Source of the DNA: Cyanophora paradoxa CCMP329
Taxonomy: Eukaryota; Plantae; Glaucophyta
Length of the DNA stretch: 64,000 nucleotides
Reading direction: 5' to 3'
Assembly (NCBI GenBank): GCA_004431415.1
Contig: QPMI01000416.1
Location: forward strand, 1 to 64,000
Shown here: piece after piece, positions 50,571 to 60,563 of the stretch
How the letters are laid out: every line of letters starts with the position of its first letter
Position numbering within the stretch: position 1 is the stretch's first letter
The notes under the pieces: model-generated
Told to the model about the DNA's origin: nothing
What the model saw: the letters and a program-made list of their open reading frames with translations, nothing else
Databases searched by the model: none
Translations under genes and position numbers: made by a program

Positions 50571-50934
50571 CGATAACACCGGCGATCGCGACTTCGCGGA
50601 GACCCCCTTCCGTTTTCCCCGCATAACTTTGGACAGCGAGCCGATCTCGGCGCGCTCTCAATTGCTACGTGCTCGTAACTTGCTTCCGGGCATGTTGGTG
50701 CTAGTTTGACTAGCTTACGCAACCGTGGCGCGACGCGCAAGTTCGCCATCGGCACAAGTGCCCGAAAACCGAGGTGTCCCCTACGTCGTGCGCGCCGGCG
50801 CGCGTTCCCGTGAGGCTCCACTAGTCATACTTTGCATCCGCGCGCGTATAGAGTAGTTCTACACTACTACAAAGCGGCGCGGTCTGATTCGCAAAGCGCG
50901 CGATTTGGCGGCTACGAAAGCACCGCGGCGCCTA

Positions 50935-52368
50935 CTACTTGCGTGGTCTCAGAGTCGCTTTTCGATCGCCATTAGCTACCGGCGCTACCGTTGCTACTTT
51001 TCTACTACTTCTTAATGTAGCTTTGGTTTCCGGCGCTTTGTAGCTCTCAGTTTGATTAGAGAACGACTTATACCATCGTTGGCTATTCACTCCGCCGGAC
51101 AGCTTAGGCTCGGCGGCTGTTACTAGCCGCTGTAATTCTTTATTTACTCGTTTCTCTTTTTGCACGCGATCCTCTAATAGAGTGCCTTGCGGCACAGCCG
51201 CGGCGGCTTCTATGCCCTCTCTACGCAATTGCGCATCGACGCGCGCCTCGTCCTTTGCCGCCTCTAATGCATCTACTGTGGGCGCCATTAGGTAATCCAC
51301 AGCTTGGACAGGCAATAGCTCGTGGAAGGCAAAGCGACCCTCTACGCGATTGCCGTCCGGATCAGTTAGCATAAACTTATAGCCCTCGCGCGCGGCGACA
51401 GTATATACGATTCGGCTCCAATTGTTACCGCCCTTAGCGAATGGCGTCTTCTCGATGCGTAGCCTTACTGACATGCCCGGCTGAATCTGATCCAAATAAG
51501 CTATCGATTTCTTGAATTTCGCATCTTCTTTTTGAACTATAAGCTTATAGTGACTCTCGTTGGTCTCGGCAGGCATATAGCCGGTCGCAGAGTGCACCGT
51601 ATTATTATAGTTATATTCTAATTCGGGCAGGACATCTATAAATCGCGCCGTATTATTAGCGATGCAGTAGCTCGTGATCAGCCGCCGCATTTGCTTGTTA
51701 AATGCTTCTATGCGCCCTTGCGCGCGATGGTCGGCTGTGTCCGCAATCTGATGCTCTATAAACTGATTCTCGAAATATTTGCGCATAATATCATTGCGGA
51801 ATTCGCTTCCCGCATCGCTTTGAATCTTAAAAATTGGTCTCGGCACCTTATTTTGCAGCTGAATAAAGGCGGCTAAGGTCGATGCAGCCGACTTATCCCG
51901 CATTGGGATAATGAACCCGACCCGCAATGTGTTCTCCATAGCCGTGAGAAAAGCACTGTAATTATCGTTATACTTAGCATACGCCGGAAAGAATAGCAGA
52001 TCAATTACGTAGGTATCGAGAGGCTGTCGGATCGGTATAGCAGGGTCTCGTTTGCGGGATAGGTGCGGCGCATTAATCTGAACGACCTCTTGCCGGCTAT
52101 ACCACTCTTGCAATTTCTTATAATTCTCGTCCGGCAGCTCTTGCCGTAGCTTAGTGATCCCTTTGAAACCGGTTTGCGGACTGTAAAACTTTTTAGCTAT
52201 CCGAGATTCCTCCGGGACAGCAAGGGCTACGGGCACGTCGCGGGGCACCAAAGCCTTTAAATCAGACCGCTTTACTATGCGGCTCTCTTTATTCTCTTTC
52301 GGCACGGGGATCGGCAATGTGCTCCCATCTAAATCTTGCGATCGTCTTACTATTGGCGGTCTTGACAT
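50935..52368 (-). CDS. Polinton-type retroviral-like (rve, DDE) integrase
   Basis: YVIDLLF, IQSDAGSEF, AQGRIEAFNKQMR, YNNTVHSATGYMP, and C-terminal GMSVRL..FAKG..NWS..Y..GRFAFHELL. Start uncertain (52368 or 52377). Confidence 0.93.
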   Translation of the reverse strand: MSRPPIVRRSQDLDGSTLPIPVPKENKESRIVKRSDLKALVPRDVPVALAVPEESRIAKKFYSPQTGFKGITKLRQELPDENYKKLQEWYSRQEVVQINAPHLSRKRDPAIPIRQPLDTYVIDLLFFPAYAKYNDNYSAFLTAMENTLRVGFIIPMRDKSAASTLAAFIQLQNKVPRPIFKIQSDAGSEFRNDIMRKYFENQFIEHQIADTADHRAQGRIEAFNKQMRRLITSYCIANNTARFIDVLPELEYNYNNTVHSATGYMPAETNESHYKLIVQKEDAKFKKSIAYLDQIQPGMSVRLRIEKTPFAKGGNNWSRIVYTVAAREGYKFMLTDPDGNRVEGRFAFHELLPVQAVDYLMAPTVDALEAAKDEARVDAQLRREGIEAAAAVPQGTLLEDRVQKEKRVNKELQRLVTAAEPKLSGGVNSQRWYKSFSNQTESYKAPETKATLRSSRKVATVAPVANGDRKATLRPRK

Positions 52369-52422
52369 CCTTGTCATCAGACAATAAAAAAGATCAATGT
52401 AACATTGCAATCTATTAATTCA

Positions 52423-53034
52423 TCAGTCGTGAAGATGCGAGCAGAATATATCGCCGACGATGCCGACTCTGTCCTTTTCCTCGATATACCACATGCAATG
52501 CCCACGACTCCATTTAGCACCGTTCTGTTTTAAGAATTTGCGCAAAGTAGCCCGCGTAGTAATATTTAAATTGTGCTCTTCGAACTTGCGATGATAAATG
52601 GAAAGGTCTCTAATCACAGAGAAGTAACAACGCCGAGGGACTTGCTCCGCATACTCGCGCGTAATCACATCCATAACATGGGCTTGAATATAAGGAGTGC
52701 ATCGAATATGCCGCCAGAAATCAATCACAGTCGTAAAGCCATCTTCGGTCTCTTCATCTCTGAGTTTTCTCACAATGAACTTGGTGTTTCCCACAGGCTC
52801 GATAGGTCTCGCTACAAAGAACCTATCATCAACATGTCTAATGACGACTTGATGGGGTCTGTTATGAAAATATCCAATTGCCCGCATTTGCGACAAATTC
52901 ACAGTCGAGTTGCTATATAAAATCCTACCAAATCTGTCCACACCACTGATGACCTCGATCATTTCACCGATGCTGAATGGAAGCTCGGAAATAGGAACCG
53001 AAAAGATGGGCTCGCCATTAAACAGATACGCCAT
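52423..53034 (-). CDS. Hypothetical viral protein with a C-terminal DUF5710-like motif
   Basis: 203-aa intronless ORF; LKQNGAKWSRGHCMWYI resembles K..GA.W....K.WY. Has the shared upstream motif. Confidence 0.7.
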   Translation of the reverse strand: MAYLFNGEPIFSVPISELPFSIGEMIEVISGVDRFGRILYSNSTVNLSQMRAIGYFHNRPHQVVIRHVDDRFFVARPIEPVGNTKFIVRKLRDEETEDGFTTVIDFWRHIRCTPYIQAHVMDVITREYAEQVPRRCYFSVIRDLSIYHRKFEEHNLNITTRATLRKFLKQNGAKWSRGHCMWYIEEKDRVGIVGDIFCSHLHD

Positions 53035-53049
53035 TTTCGCCTTCGCCTT

Positions 53050-53074
53050 TTACTTTAAGCTGAGAAAATATTTT
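53050..53074 (-). promoter_or_regulatory. Shared viral promoter motif AAAATATTTTCTCAGCTTAAAGTAA
   Basis: Identical 25-mer at 60008-60032; both lie 9-15 nt upstream of an ATG. Confidence 0.75.
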
Positions 53075-53284
53075 CCTGTTGCCTAAATGTAGCGCGTTCT
53101 CCTTAAATCATTTTGCGTTGCCCACGGGGCTTTCAATTTTTGACGATCCGCGGTGAGATTCTCACGTTTACTGTCAATAAAATCAGGCTACCTGAGCGTT
53201 TATTGTCAAAATTTTAATAATTAATGAAAATCTTGACAATAAACACCGCAAAACGCGCAATAAAAACGTGCAGTAAACAGTAGA

Positions 53285-53449
53285 ATGGACGCCCCGGTAT
53301 GGGACGCGCACCCGATCCCTAATTACTTCCTAATCGACCCGGACGACCCAGGATTAAAGTGCATATGGCTTCTCCATATCCTAAGGCGACAGCTCCTTCA
53401 ATTAGAGCGCAAACCAAGAAAAAGAACGCACGATAAGATAGACGACTAA
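53285..53449 (+). CDS. Small hypothetical viral protein (54 aa, below the ORF-track cutoff)
   Basis: MDAPVWDAHPIPNYFLIDPDDPGLKCIWLLHILRRQLLQLERKPRKRTHDKIDD. Its TAA overlaps the convergent PolB TAG (CTAA at 53446-53449). Confidence 0.45.
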   Translation: MDAPVWDAHPIPNYFLIDPDDPGLKCIWLLHILRRQLLQLERKPRKRTHDKIDD

Positions 53450-56400
53450 CAGCCGAATGGAAGGCTATGTATGCCGTCGCCTGATATGCAGCGCTTGCTA
53501 TCGAATTGGGTCAGCGCTATCCGCTTGCTCTCCAAATCATATAAGTGGTGGCATCGCCGTTGCTTGTTTACTACTGTTACTGTTTTTGTGATCCCGTCAA
53601 ATAGGCAGCGCTTAAAGTCGTCGAAATGCACCTCTTTCGAGGCTGTCCCGCTCATTTTTACCTTGTCGTAGCTCTCGGTGCGGAAAGCATATAGCTTCGG
53701 TCGCAGCCCCACATACTCCACTATCTTGACGTCGGGCATCTCATTTTTATATTTACCGGGAACCATCCGGTTCTCGGGACTATAAGGGCAGTCTAAATAA
53801 GGGCTGATCGCTCGCATGCCCGCTTCCAGATCCGCGCTCTCTATATACAGACAGAACGAGTCGGTATCGTGGAACAGCAGCTGAGCTTGCGAGAAAGTCG
53901 GTCGGATCACGTCGTAAAAGAAGCTATAATTATGCAGCTTCGCGGCATCCAGCACATAAGCGCCAATCGCAACCGGTTTATCGAGTTTTACGTGTTTACT
54001 ATACATTTCGAATGCAACCGCAGTCTCGTTTAATACATTCGTCGCTTTTACCAGTGGGCTCGCCGCATATTTCTTAAACAGCTTCGTGCTGTTTGCAATC
54101 TTTACCACTGAGCGCCCGCGACACGATTCCAGGCATTTACCGTAAATAGCATTGTTCATTAATTTAAAGAAGTCGCTCTCGAATTTATTCCGGGCTTCCT
54201 TTCGCAGTTTCGTGTTCAGATCTATATAGGGCTTCATAAATGCGGCGGTTGCAAACGAGAGCACGCGGTGAATCTTAGTAACTACGATCCCCTTTTTTAC
54301 CATATAGAGCAGCATCGGCTGAGAGACCACGTAATTATATTTCGGAGTAAACGAGGCGATCAGCTTCGGATCTTTACTGAGCTTCTCGCCGCTAATCTCC
54401 AAAAGCCCACGCTGATATTTCCCGAGCATGTCCACAGTAATTACCTCTTTACTCACGATCAGCGGGAAATCGCGATGGTCGCCCTTTAAATAGTCCGGAT
54501 ATGCAAGGTCGACCTCTATAAATGCACTCCGCCCTACAACCTCGGTAAAAGCTGTGCTTGTGTCGTCCCAGCGATAGTCCCCGACCGGTAAAGGCTGACT
54601 GAGCGCATAGCCATATAGATTATTCGCATCCAATAGCACTATATGTTTATCCTCGCTATTCGCCTCGGCATATCGTGTGGGCATGGTCGCAAAGCCGCCC
54701 CTAATCGCCCGCTCAATAAATTCGTATTGATCCGCATCGCTGATCTGTTCTATCGCGACCCTCGTATGCTTTAACATCGCGTCCCACGATAGTCCCGGTG
54801 CGCTCACATAATGCGTGGGATCCAGTCCGTATTGCTCATGGGCGAGCATGCTGAATTTACCGAATTTTACCATGAGATCATTAACATCGGACGCCTGAAA
54901 ATCCATGAAATTCGAGGCGTCTATAAACTTGTAAAGTCCCCACTGTAAAGAGAGATACTCGTCGAAATTCTTACTTAGGATCTCGACCCGCAGCTTGTCG
55001 TCTTGCTGTGCGATTTTCCTGAATATAGCATGCCCGCACTCGTCCATCCGATCAATAACCACGGCTACTTTCGTTTGCTTTGAGATCCGCCTATGTAAAT
55101 TGCACTTTCGGCAAGCTTTCCCTATATAATCGCCGCTTTGGTGACAGTGATCGCGCACAGGGAAGTTTTCGTGGGTAAACCGCTGATTGCATATATAGCA
55201 GTGTTTGGTCAGCTTATAGGCTTGCTTTTGCGCCTCTGTGAGCGGGATCATAGGCGTGTTGGTAAATAGGGTATTAAGCATCTCGCGACACAGATCCCCT
55301 AACGTGGTAAACATCTGTCCCAGCGGATCCACGCCCTCGAATTCGTGATTTTCAACATGAGAGCCCATAACAACATTAAGTGCCACCGACTTTACCTCTC
55401 GCTTGGTTCGATTTGGTTCATTAGGAACCGGCACCGACTCCATTTCTACCTTGCAATAGCAGACCGTGGGCAGCCACACCATTTTCCTTAGGTGTTGCAG
55501 TCCGAAAGTAATAAAGCTTCCGGGTTCCGGGCATTTACCTTTACTGAGCCGCCAATCTATACAGCGATTAGAGTCGGTGTGGCTATCGAGTTTCTCCTGT
55601 GATCTAAACCGGGACAAGCAGGTTTCGCAGTAGAAAATGCGCCCGTCGTTTGCTTTATCAAAGGTGGTCTTTAAGAGGCGGCTCAGTGACATTATCGTAA
55701 TATAGTGACCCTGTCCGTTTGCGTCCTCGATCAGCAGCAGGTTTACCTTCGATTTACGACGCGGATTACTTGACATGTGCAGTGGGTAAAAGGTTTGGGT
55801 CGCATTGTCGGCGCCATATATATTAATTGACAGCTCGGGATTATTGTCCTCGAAACGATCTATTAATGCAGCATCGCAAGCCACCGGGAAAGTAATGCCT
55901 GAGAAGTCGAGTTCAGTCAACCACCGCCTATATTGGAACGGATCATTACGTTTGTGTCTGTTTATGTCGTTTCTGTGCAGCCATGCGAGGATAGCGTAAT
56001 TAAAACAGTCGTGACCATCGATATTCTTAATATTTACTGTGGCTCGCTTTAATCCAATCCATTCGGGGGTCTCAATGTAGCAACCGCCCATCGGCGCATA
56101 TGACAAAACGGCGACATGTAGCTTATCTAATTTACTGAGCCGGTAGCTGTCGACCTGTATCATCTGTTCATTCATTTGCTGAGCTACACCCACTAACTCA
56201 GTGAGAATATTGCGCGACCTTGTGATTACGAAATAATCGCTGTAAATGTGTTTGGTGATAAAAACGTTAGGATCACTCACTTTTACGTATCGGCAGATGA
56301 ATGTAAGGCGCACCTTAATAGCTTTAAGCTCGTCCAGCCTCTCTTTCAGCCGCCCAGGCAGATTTGCAGCGATGGTAGTGAGAAATTCCACCGGATCTAA

Positions 56401-56709
56401 GATTATCTGTTCATCCGCCTTATAGCTATACCAGGCGTATGCTTTATTCATTGCGAAACCGTCGTCCTCATCGGGTTCTATGACGGCTAAGCGCCTCCCT
56501 TCGGTATAGAAGCGCTCCACATTTTCCAGGCGATTGTAGAGCTCGTCGGCAATATTCGCAAGGTTAGCTAAGCGGGGTTTTCGATCTAAGATCGCCGCCC
56601 TCCGATCGTATTCGGCTTCGGTGATCTCCCCAGTGACTAAAAGACTACCTAACAAGCCTAATATTTCGTCCTTTTTCTCTTTTATAAGGCGATTAGTTTG
56701 GCGGGGCAT
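53446..56709 (-). CDS. Protein-primed family B DNA polymerase with C2H2 and endonuclease VII-like zinc modules; exonuclease degenerate
   Basis: LLDANNLYG (motif A), KLMNNAIYGK (B), FHDTDSF (C), GLRPKLY; CETC..H..C; CYIC..VRDHCHQSG..ACRKCN. Confidence 0.93.
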   Translation of the reverse strand: MPRQTNRLIKEKKDEILGLLGSLLVTGEITEAEYDRRAAILDRKPRLANLANIADELYNRLENVERFYTEGRRLAVIEPDEDDGFAMNKAYAWYSYKADEQIILDPVEFLTTIAANLPGRLKERLDELKAIKVRLTFICRYVKVSDPNVFITKHIYSDYFVITRSRNILTELVGVAQQMNEQMIQVDSYRLSKLDKLHVAVLSYAPMGGCYIETPEWIGLKRATVNIKNIDGHDCFNYAILAWLHRNDINRHKRNDPFQYRRWLTELDFSGITFPVACDAALIDRFEDNNPELSINIYGADNATQTFYPLHMSSNPRRKSKVNLLLIEDANGQGHYITIMSLSRLLKTTFDKANDGRIFYCETCLSRFRSQEKLDSHTDSNRCIDWRLSKGKCPEPGSFITFGLQHLRKMVWLPTVCYCKVEMESVPVPNEPNRTKREVKSVALNVVMGSHVENHEFEGVDPLGQMFTTLGDLCREMLNTLFTNTPMIPLTEAQKQAYKLTKHCYICNQRFTHENFPVRDHCHQSGDYIGKACRKCNLHRRISKQTKVAVVIDRMDECGHAIFRKIAQQDDKLRVEILSKNFDEYLSLQWGLYKFIDASNFMDFQASDVNDLMVKFGKFSMLAHEQYGLDPTHYVSAPGLSWDAMLKHTRVAIEQISDADQYEFIERAIRGGFATMPTRYAEANSEDKHIVLLDANNLYGYALSQPLPVGDYRWDDTSTAFTEVVGRSAFIEVDLAYPDYLKGDHRDFPLIVSKEVITVDMLGKYQRGLLEISGEKLSKDPKLIASFTPKYNYVVSQPMLLYMVKKGIVVTKIHRVLSFATAAFMKPYIDLNTKLRKEARNKFESDFFKLMNNAIYGKCLESCRGRSVVKIANSTKLFKKYAASPLVKATNVLNETAVAFEMYSKHVKLDKPVAIGAYVLDAAKLHNYSFFYDVIRPTFSQAQLLFHDTDSFCLYIESADLEAGMRAISPYLDCPYSPENRMVPGKYKNEMPDVKIVEYVGLRPKLYAFRTESYDKVKMSGTASKEVHFDDFKRCLFDGITKTVTVVNKQRRCHHLYDLESKRIALTQFDSKRCISGDGIHSLPFGC

Positions 56710-56731
56710 CTTTTACTCTAAGGGAACATTT

Positions 56732-56977
56732 TTATTTTGCGATTCCAGCGCGTTCAGTGAGCTTAGTGACGCTCCGGACTGTGAGCTTTACATTTTCGGG
56801 AAGTATAACGGTGAGCTCAATGTTATCAGCTTTAATAACATGGGCGCGGCGCTTCTGTTTCTTTGCATCCAAATGGTGCATTCGCCATAGCAATTCGGCT
56901 ATTGCATCTGTATCACCCGAATCAGCGAGTCGAATCAATTGATCGCGGGACATCACATTAACATCGTAGGTCTCCAT
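56732..56977 (-). CDS. Small hypothetical viral protein
   Basis: METYDVNVMSRDQLIRLADSGDTDAIAELLWR... fills the gap upstream of PolB; AAAATTGA lies 45 nt upstream. Confidence 0.65.
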   Translation of the reverse strand: METYDVNVMSRDQLIRLADSGDTDAIAELLWRMHHLDAKKQKRRAHVIKADNIELTVILPENVKLTVRSVTKLTERAGIAK

Positions 56978-57088
56978 TTCTAAGTCACTACAAACAATCA
57001 AAGGAACTCTTATATAACATGATCAATTTTTACATATTCATGTTTAAAGTTCCACAAATATTAAAAGGGGCTTACTGAAAATGGTCAG

Positions 57089-57178
57089 TGTTACAGGTGT
57101 TACAGGTCTATCCCAAAGTCCGCCCTAGGAGGGGGTCTCGGTTCCCGAGTTTGGGATGAACCTGTAACACCTGTAACA
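57089..57178. repeat. Solo copy of the family A iteron palindrome, downstream of the primase-helicase gene
   Basis: TGTTACAGGTGTTACAGGTCTATCCCAAA...TTTGGGATGAACCTGTAACACCTGTAACA, with the same flanks (CTTACTGAAA..GGTCAG / ACGTAAACAA) as the terminal copies. Confidence 0.95.
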
Positions 57179-57251
57179 ACGTAAACAACTACAATTTGCC
57201 GCAGGTTATAAAAAATACACACGAAAGTAATCATTTTCAATTCATTTGTAA

Positions 57252-59597
57252 TTAGGCTTCGATATCATCATCTAGAAATTCGTTTTGGTGGTGCATCTTG
57301 GCTTTCATTCCGAAATAGCCGCGCATCAGTGCGCCTCTCTCCCGCTTGGGCTCGGATTTAACATTGAATATCTCGCGAACTCGCTTTCCAATTGTTGTGG
57401 GCTCCGCCTTATCATCGACCTGTCTATATTTCTTCACAATAGAGTCACTCGAAATAAAGTCATCGCGGCTTCCAGTCCTCTCATAGGTATTTTTGAGCCA
57501 TTCGCCGAGCTTATCATTTTCAGCGAAATACTCAGAGCCACAGTCGACAATCGATTGGGGTGGGTTTTGCATCAAAGTGGCAAGGTCTTGTTGGGCGAGC
57601 ATATCCAGGAAAATAGACATTTGCGCCATCTTATACTCATCATCATGCAATAGAGTCATCAGCTTGGTATCAGCTTTCTTTTCGCCCTCCTTGGGATTCG
57701 GCTTAAATACACACTTGAATGTGTAGTAAACCAGCCTTCGCAAAATAGCTTCGTCAGCCTTGCTGAGAGACAGGTTATCATTGGTGGACAGGAATATTTG
57801 ACACATGGGAATAAAGGTTACAGGATCCTTAAAGAGAGCGCGAACCTTCATCTCATTTCCACCTGTGATTTCCTTAATCTTACTGATTTGGAGCTTGTCA
57901 CCATCCTCCGCCTCATTACTGAACACAATGCGTTTGCCCAGAATTGCAGCAAGCTCGGGTGTGGCATCGGACGAGTTCTTCTTTGGCTTTGTCCAATAGC
58001 TCATGCTGATTGAGCCGAAATAATCGCCGAAAGTCTGTTTCACCATCTCTTGAATGCAGGATTTCCCATTCGCGCCCTTTCCAGACCAGAAATTGAACTT
58101 CTGAATATCTGTGCGACCTGTGAGAGCGAAAGCAAGCGACCCGAGAATATAATTGCGCTCCTCATACTCTTCGATTATATCTGTATAGATTGACTGAATT
58201 TTCGCTACTTTCTCACGGTCGACAGCCATATACTCGTAACCCACTGTCTTGCTCACCATATCAGTAGGCTTTCCCTTTCTGAATGTCTTGGTGTTAATAT
58301 CAAAGACCCCATTATCGAAACCAATGATATTAGTGACAGTATCGAGTTTTTCAAAGAATGTGGGATCGCTGAACATTACAATTAGATCAGTAATAAGAGA
58401 TGTGCGATAGGATGTTTGTTTGAGATTCTTGCCAATATTCACAGCGAGTTTAGCCTTTTCCTCTAAGCTTTGCCTATTCTCTTCGTCCCTCATCGCAGCT
58501 GTTCCCAGGCTATATGAGCGAGACAGAAACACAGGGCATACCTTGCAGCTGAGTGCAAGATAAATTCGTTTTCCAGTGTCATCCATCTCCCAGATTCCAT
58601 TATCCCTGTTAAACTCGAACCAGGTCTTATTTGAGTAGCGATAATCATCTTTGAGAACTACATGCGACACTTTCGCGACATCATAGTGTGCACCATTCGA
58701 TCCAATTGCCTTATCAATGAGAACTATCAGCTCAGTATCCTTTTCAGTTTTCGTCCTGACCTCAATAATTCGCTTCTTGCATCGAGAACTGTAACTCGAA
58801 ACAATGAATTTGTCCTTTGCATCGGGATCTGAAATTTTAATCACATACCAGCTATTGCTATCATGCGAATTGGTGCAGCAGGGGCAGACTCCGCCTTTGT
58901 TCTGAGCTGTGAAGTTGTAGCCATTTTCGGTTTGACTGATGATTGTTGGGAAATCGAACCCGAACTCAGTTAGTTTGTCTTTGAGAGCTGTAAGGAATTC
59001 ATTGCCATGTATCTTCGACTGATCAATGTCACGGATGAACGGCTTTTTGTAGTTCTCAATCATCCAGCTTTGGAATTCCGCAGATGGCTCAATTAACTCG
59101 CATTCAGCAGCCCATGGCTCCCTGATCCATGTCTTGTTTGGGCTTGGGCAGACATTAATTACCCCGGCAGTTCCAGTAGAGCAAACCGTTTTCAGATCGA
59201 TCTTATCATAGCCCCGGAAAGCTCCGGGTTTGTCAAACAGTTTCAGCTCATCGAACTTGGGAGGTCGAGCGAAGAACACATGATAACCCTTGCTTGTTTT
59301 CTCGATTGGAATAGCAGCTGTGAAATCGTTGGGGAAAAGCTCTTCGAACTTATTGAAATCCTCCTCCTGATCGAAATCAATACAGACGATGTTGCGAGCG
59401 AGAATTCCCCATGCAATATACCTGTTTTCCTTAACGGCGTCCTCGTATTTCTTCCAGTTCCAGGCTCCATTTTTATGGGGAAATTCAGGTTGTTTGGTTA
59501 CAGGATCGACCGGAATAAGGAGGTTTTGAGCCAGCTCATCGGTCGAACGAAGCCACTTAGTGAGTTTGGTGAGCATCGATTTACTTTTGGTGTCCAT
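57252..59597 (-). CDS. Primase-polymerase (AEP) + Zn finger + D5-like SF3 helicase with a C-terminal winged helix
   Basis: CIDFD and KTSKGYHVFF (primpol), CPCC..H..N..C, IGFDNGVFD (D5_N), Walker A GKGANGKS, Walker B FSNEAE, LSTND, AILRRL. Confidence 0.93.
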   Translation of the reverse strand: MDTKSKSMLTKLTKWLRSTDELAQNLLIPVDPVTKQPEFPHKNGAWNWKKYEDAVKENRYIAWGILARNIVCIDFDQEEDFNKFEELFPNDFTAAIPIEKTSKGYHVFFARPPKFDELKLFDKPGAFRGYDKIDLKTVCSTGTAGVINVCPSPNKTWIREPWAAECELIEPSAEFQSWMIENYKKPFIRDIDQSKIHGNEFLTALKDKLTEFGFDFPTIISQTENGYNFTAQNKGGVCPCCTNSHDSNSWYVIKISDPDAKDKFIVSSYSSRCKKRIIEVRTKTEKDTELIVLIDKAIGSNGAHYDVAKVSHVVLKDDYRYSNKTWFEFNRDNGIWEMDDTGKRIYLALSCKVCPVFLSRSYSLGTAAMRDEENRQSLEEKAKLAVNIGKNLKQTSYRTSLITDLIVMFSDPTFFEKLDTVTNIIGFDNGVFDINTKTFRKGKPTDMVSKTVGYEYMAVDREKVAKIQSIYTDIIEEYEERNYILGSLAFALTGRTDIQKFNFWSGKGANGKSCIQEMVKQTFGDYFGSISMSYWTKPKKNSSDATPELAAILGKRIVFSNEAEDGDKLQISKIKEITGGNEMKVRALFKDPVTFIPMCQIFLSTNDNLSLSKADEAILRRLVYYTFKCVFKPNPKEGEKKADTKLMTLLHDDEYKMAQMSIFLDMLAQQDLATLMQNPPQSIVDCGSEYFAENDKLGEWLKNTYERTGSRDDFISSDSIVKKYRQVDDKAEPTTIGKRVREIFNVKSEPKRERGALMRGYFGMKAKMHHQNEFLDDDIEA

Positions 59598-59776
59598 TTG
59601 TCGCTTTCTACCTTAATGCAAGAAATTAATTTTTCTTAGGCTGATCAAATTTTGGCGAGTTGTCTTTAAATGCCCTACAAATTTTTTCCCGATGACTAAA
59701 AACGATTAGGGAGCTTGCCGATATGCATCGGAAAGCCGCTTGAAAAATAAGGAATGGATTCAGCGGCGGATTGCGT

Positions 59777-59998
59777 TCAATACTTGCGGGGTCGCCCGCG
59801 GTTTCCACTGTGAATGCCCTCTTCTTGCTTGCGACGGTAGTAATATTCTAGCGCCTTTTTCTTTTTTAATTCGCGATATTCGGGATCGTCGTTATAGCGC
59901 ATCCGCTGTTTATATATATCCCTGACACGCCAGCCCGCCTTATCGAGATCTACCGGGTTCCCGTTCTTATCATACACAGTCATAGCATGCGTCTCCAT
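59777..59998 (-). CDS. Small basic AT-hook DNA-binding protein
   Basis: RYNDDPEYRELKKKKALEYYYRRK...RGRPRKY. Shares a 25-bp upstream motif with ORF 52423-53034. Confidence 0.75.
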   Translation of the reverse strand: METHAMTVYDKNGNPVDLDKAGWRVRDIYKQRMRYNDDPEYRELKKKKALEYYYRRKQEEGIHSGNRGRPRKY

Positions 59999-60007
59999 TG
60001 GTTTACC

Positions 60008-60032
60008 TTACTTTAAGCTGAGAAAATATTTT
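60008..60032 (-). promoter_or_regulatory. Shared viral promoter motif (second exact copy)
   Basis: Identical to 53050-53074; related TTTCTY motifs precede the MCP, ATPase, primase and 223-aa ORF. Confidence 0.75.
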
Positions 60033-60215
60033 TATCAGTGGTCTTTGCTATTTCTTCTTTAAATCATTTTCTGAGCTGTCATTTTTTGTGACCGAAGCGA
60101 GCTCTTCTCTACGTTTTTTAATAGCGGCTTCCAGTGCATATTGCGCGCATTTCCTGTATAGGATCGCGTAGAGATCAGGGTCGGGCATTCGATACTATTT
60201 ACCGCGAAAATTGTT

Positions 60216-60563
60216 TCAGCGATCGTATTCGCCCAAATAAAGCGGATTAATTGGCGGATATGGCGAATCAACGCGAATATGACCTTCTACGAAATTAGGG
60301 CACGACCGGCGTCGTATATAGGATACTTGCACGTCTTCTATTGCTACCTGTGGGATTATATTGGAGTCAGCGGGCACAGGCGAGGGCGATCGGGATCGTG
60401 GGCGATCGTGATTATCGCTGTGGTTGGAATATACAGATAATCGCCTACCTCCATTGTCCTCGTCCGAAATGTCAACCTCTACGGTTGTGTCGCAGCATCC
60501 GGACTTACAGTGAGATATGAAATGCAGGTGAAACATCTCAATGCATTGTGTGATGAAATTCAT
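60216..60563 (-). CDS. Hypothetical viral protein
   Basis: MNFITQCIEMFHLHFISHCKSGCCD...; same strand as its neighbours; no recognisable domain. Confidence 0.45.
   Translation of the reverse strand: MNFITQCIEMFHLHFISHCKSGCCDTTVEVDISDEDNGGRRLSVYSNHSDNHDRPRSRSPSPVPADSNIIPQVAIEDVQVSYIRRRSCPNFVEGHIRVDSPYPPINPLYLGEYDR

Noticed and set aside
49987-50821. ORFs in the viral non-coding end (for example 50270-50821)
   Set aside because: They translate the 7-bp and 34-bp repeats and lack the shared promoter motif.
50852-50870. AGTAGT as the canonical Polinton left terminus
   Set aside because: It is part of a short local hairpin after the integrase stop. The compositional break is at 47,634, and the family A repeat is shared between 48-49 kb and 57 kb. 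Not fully excluded without the right end.
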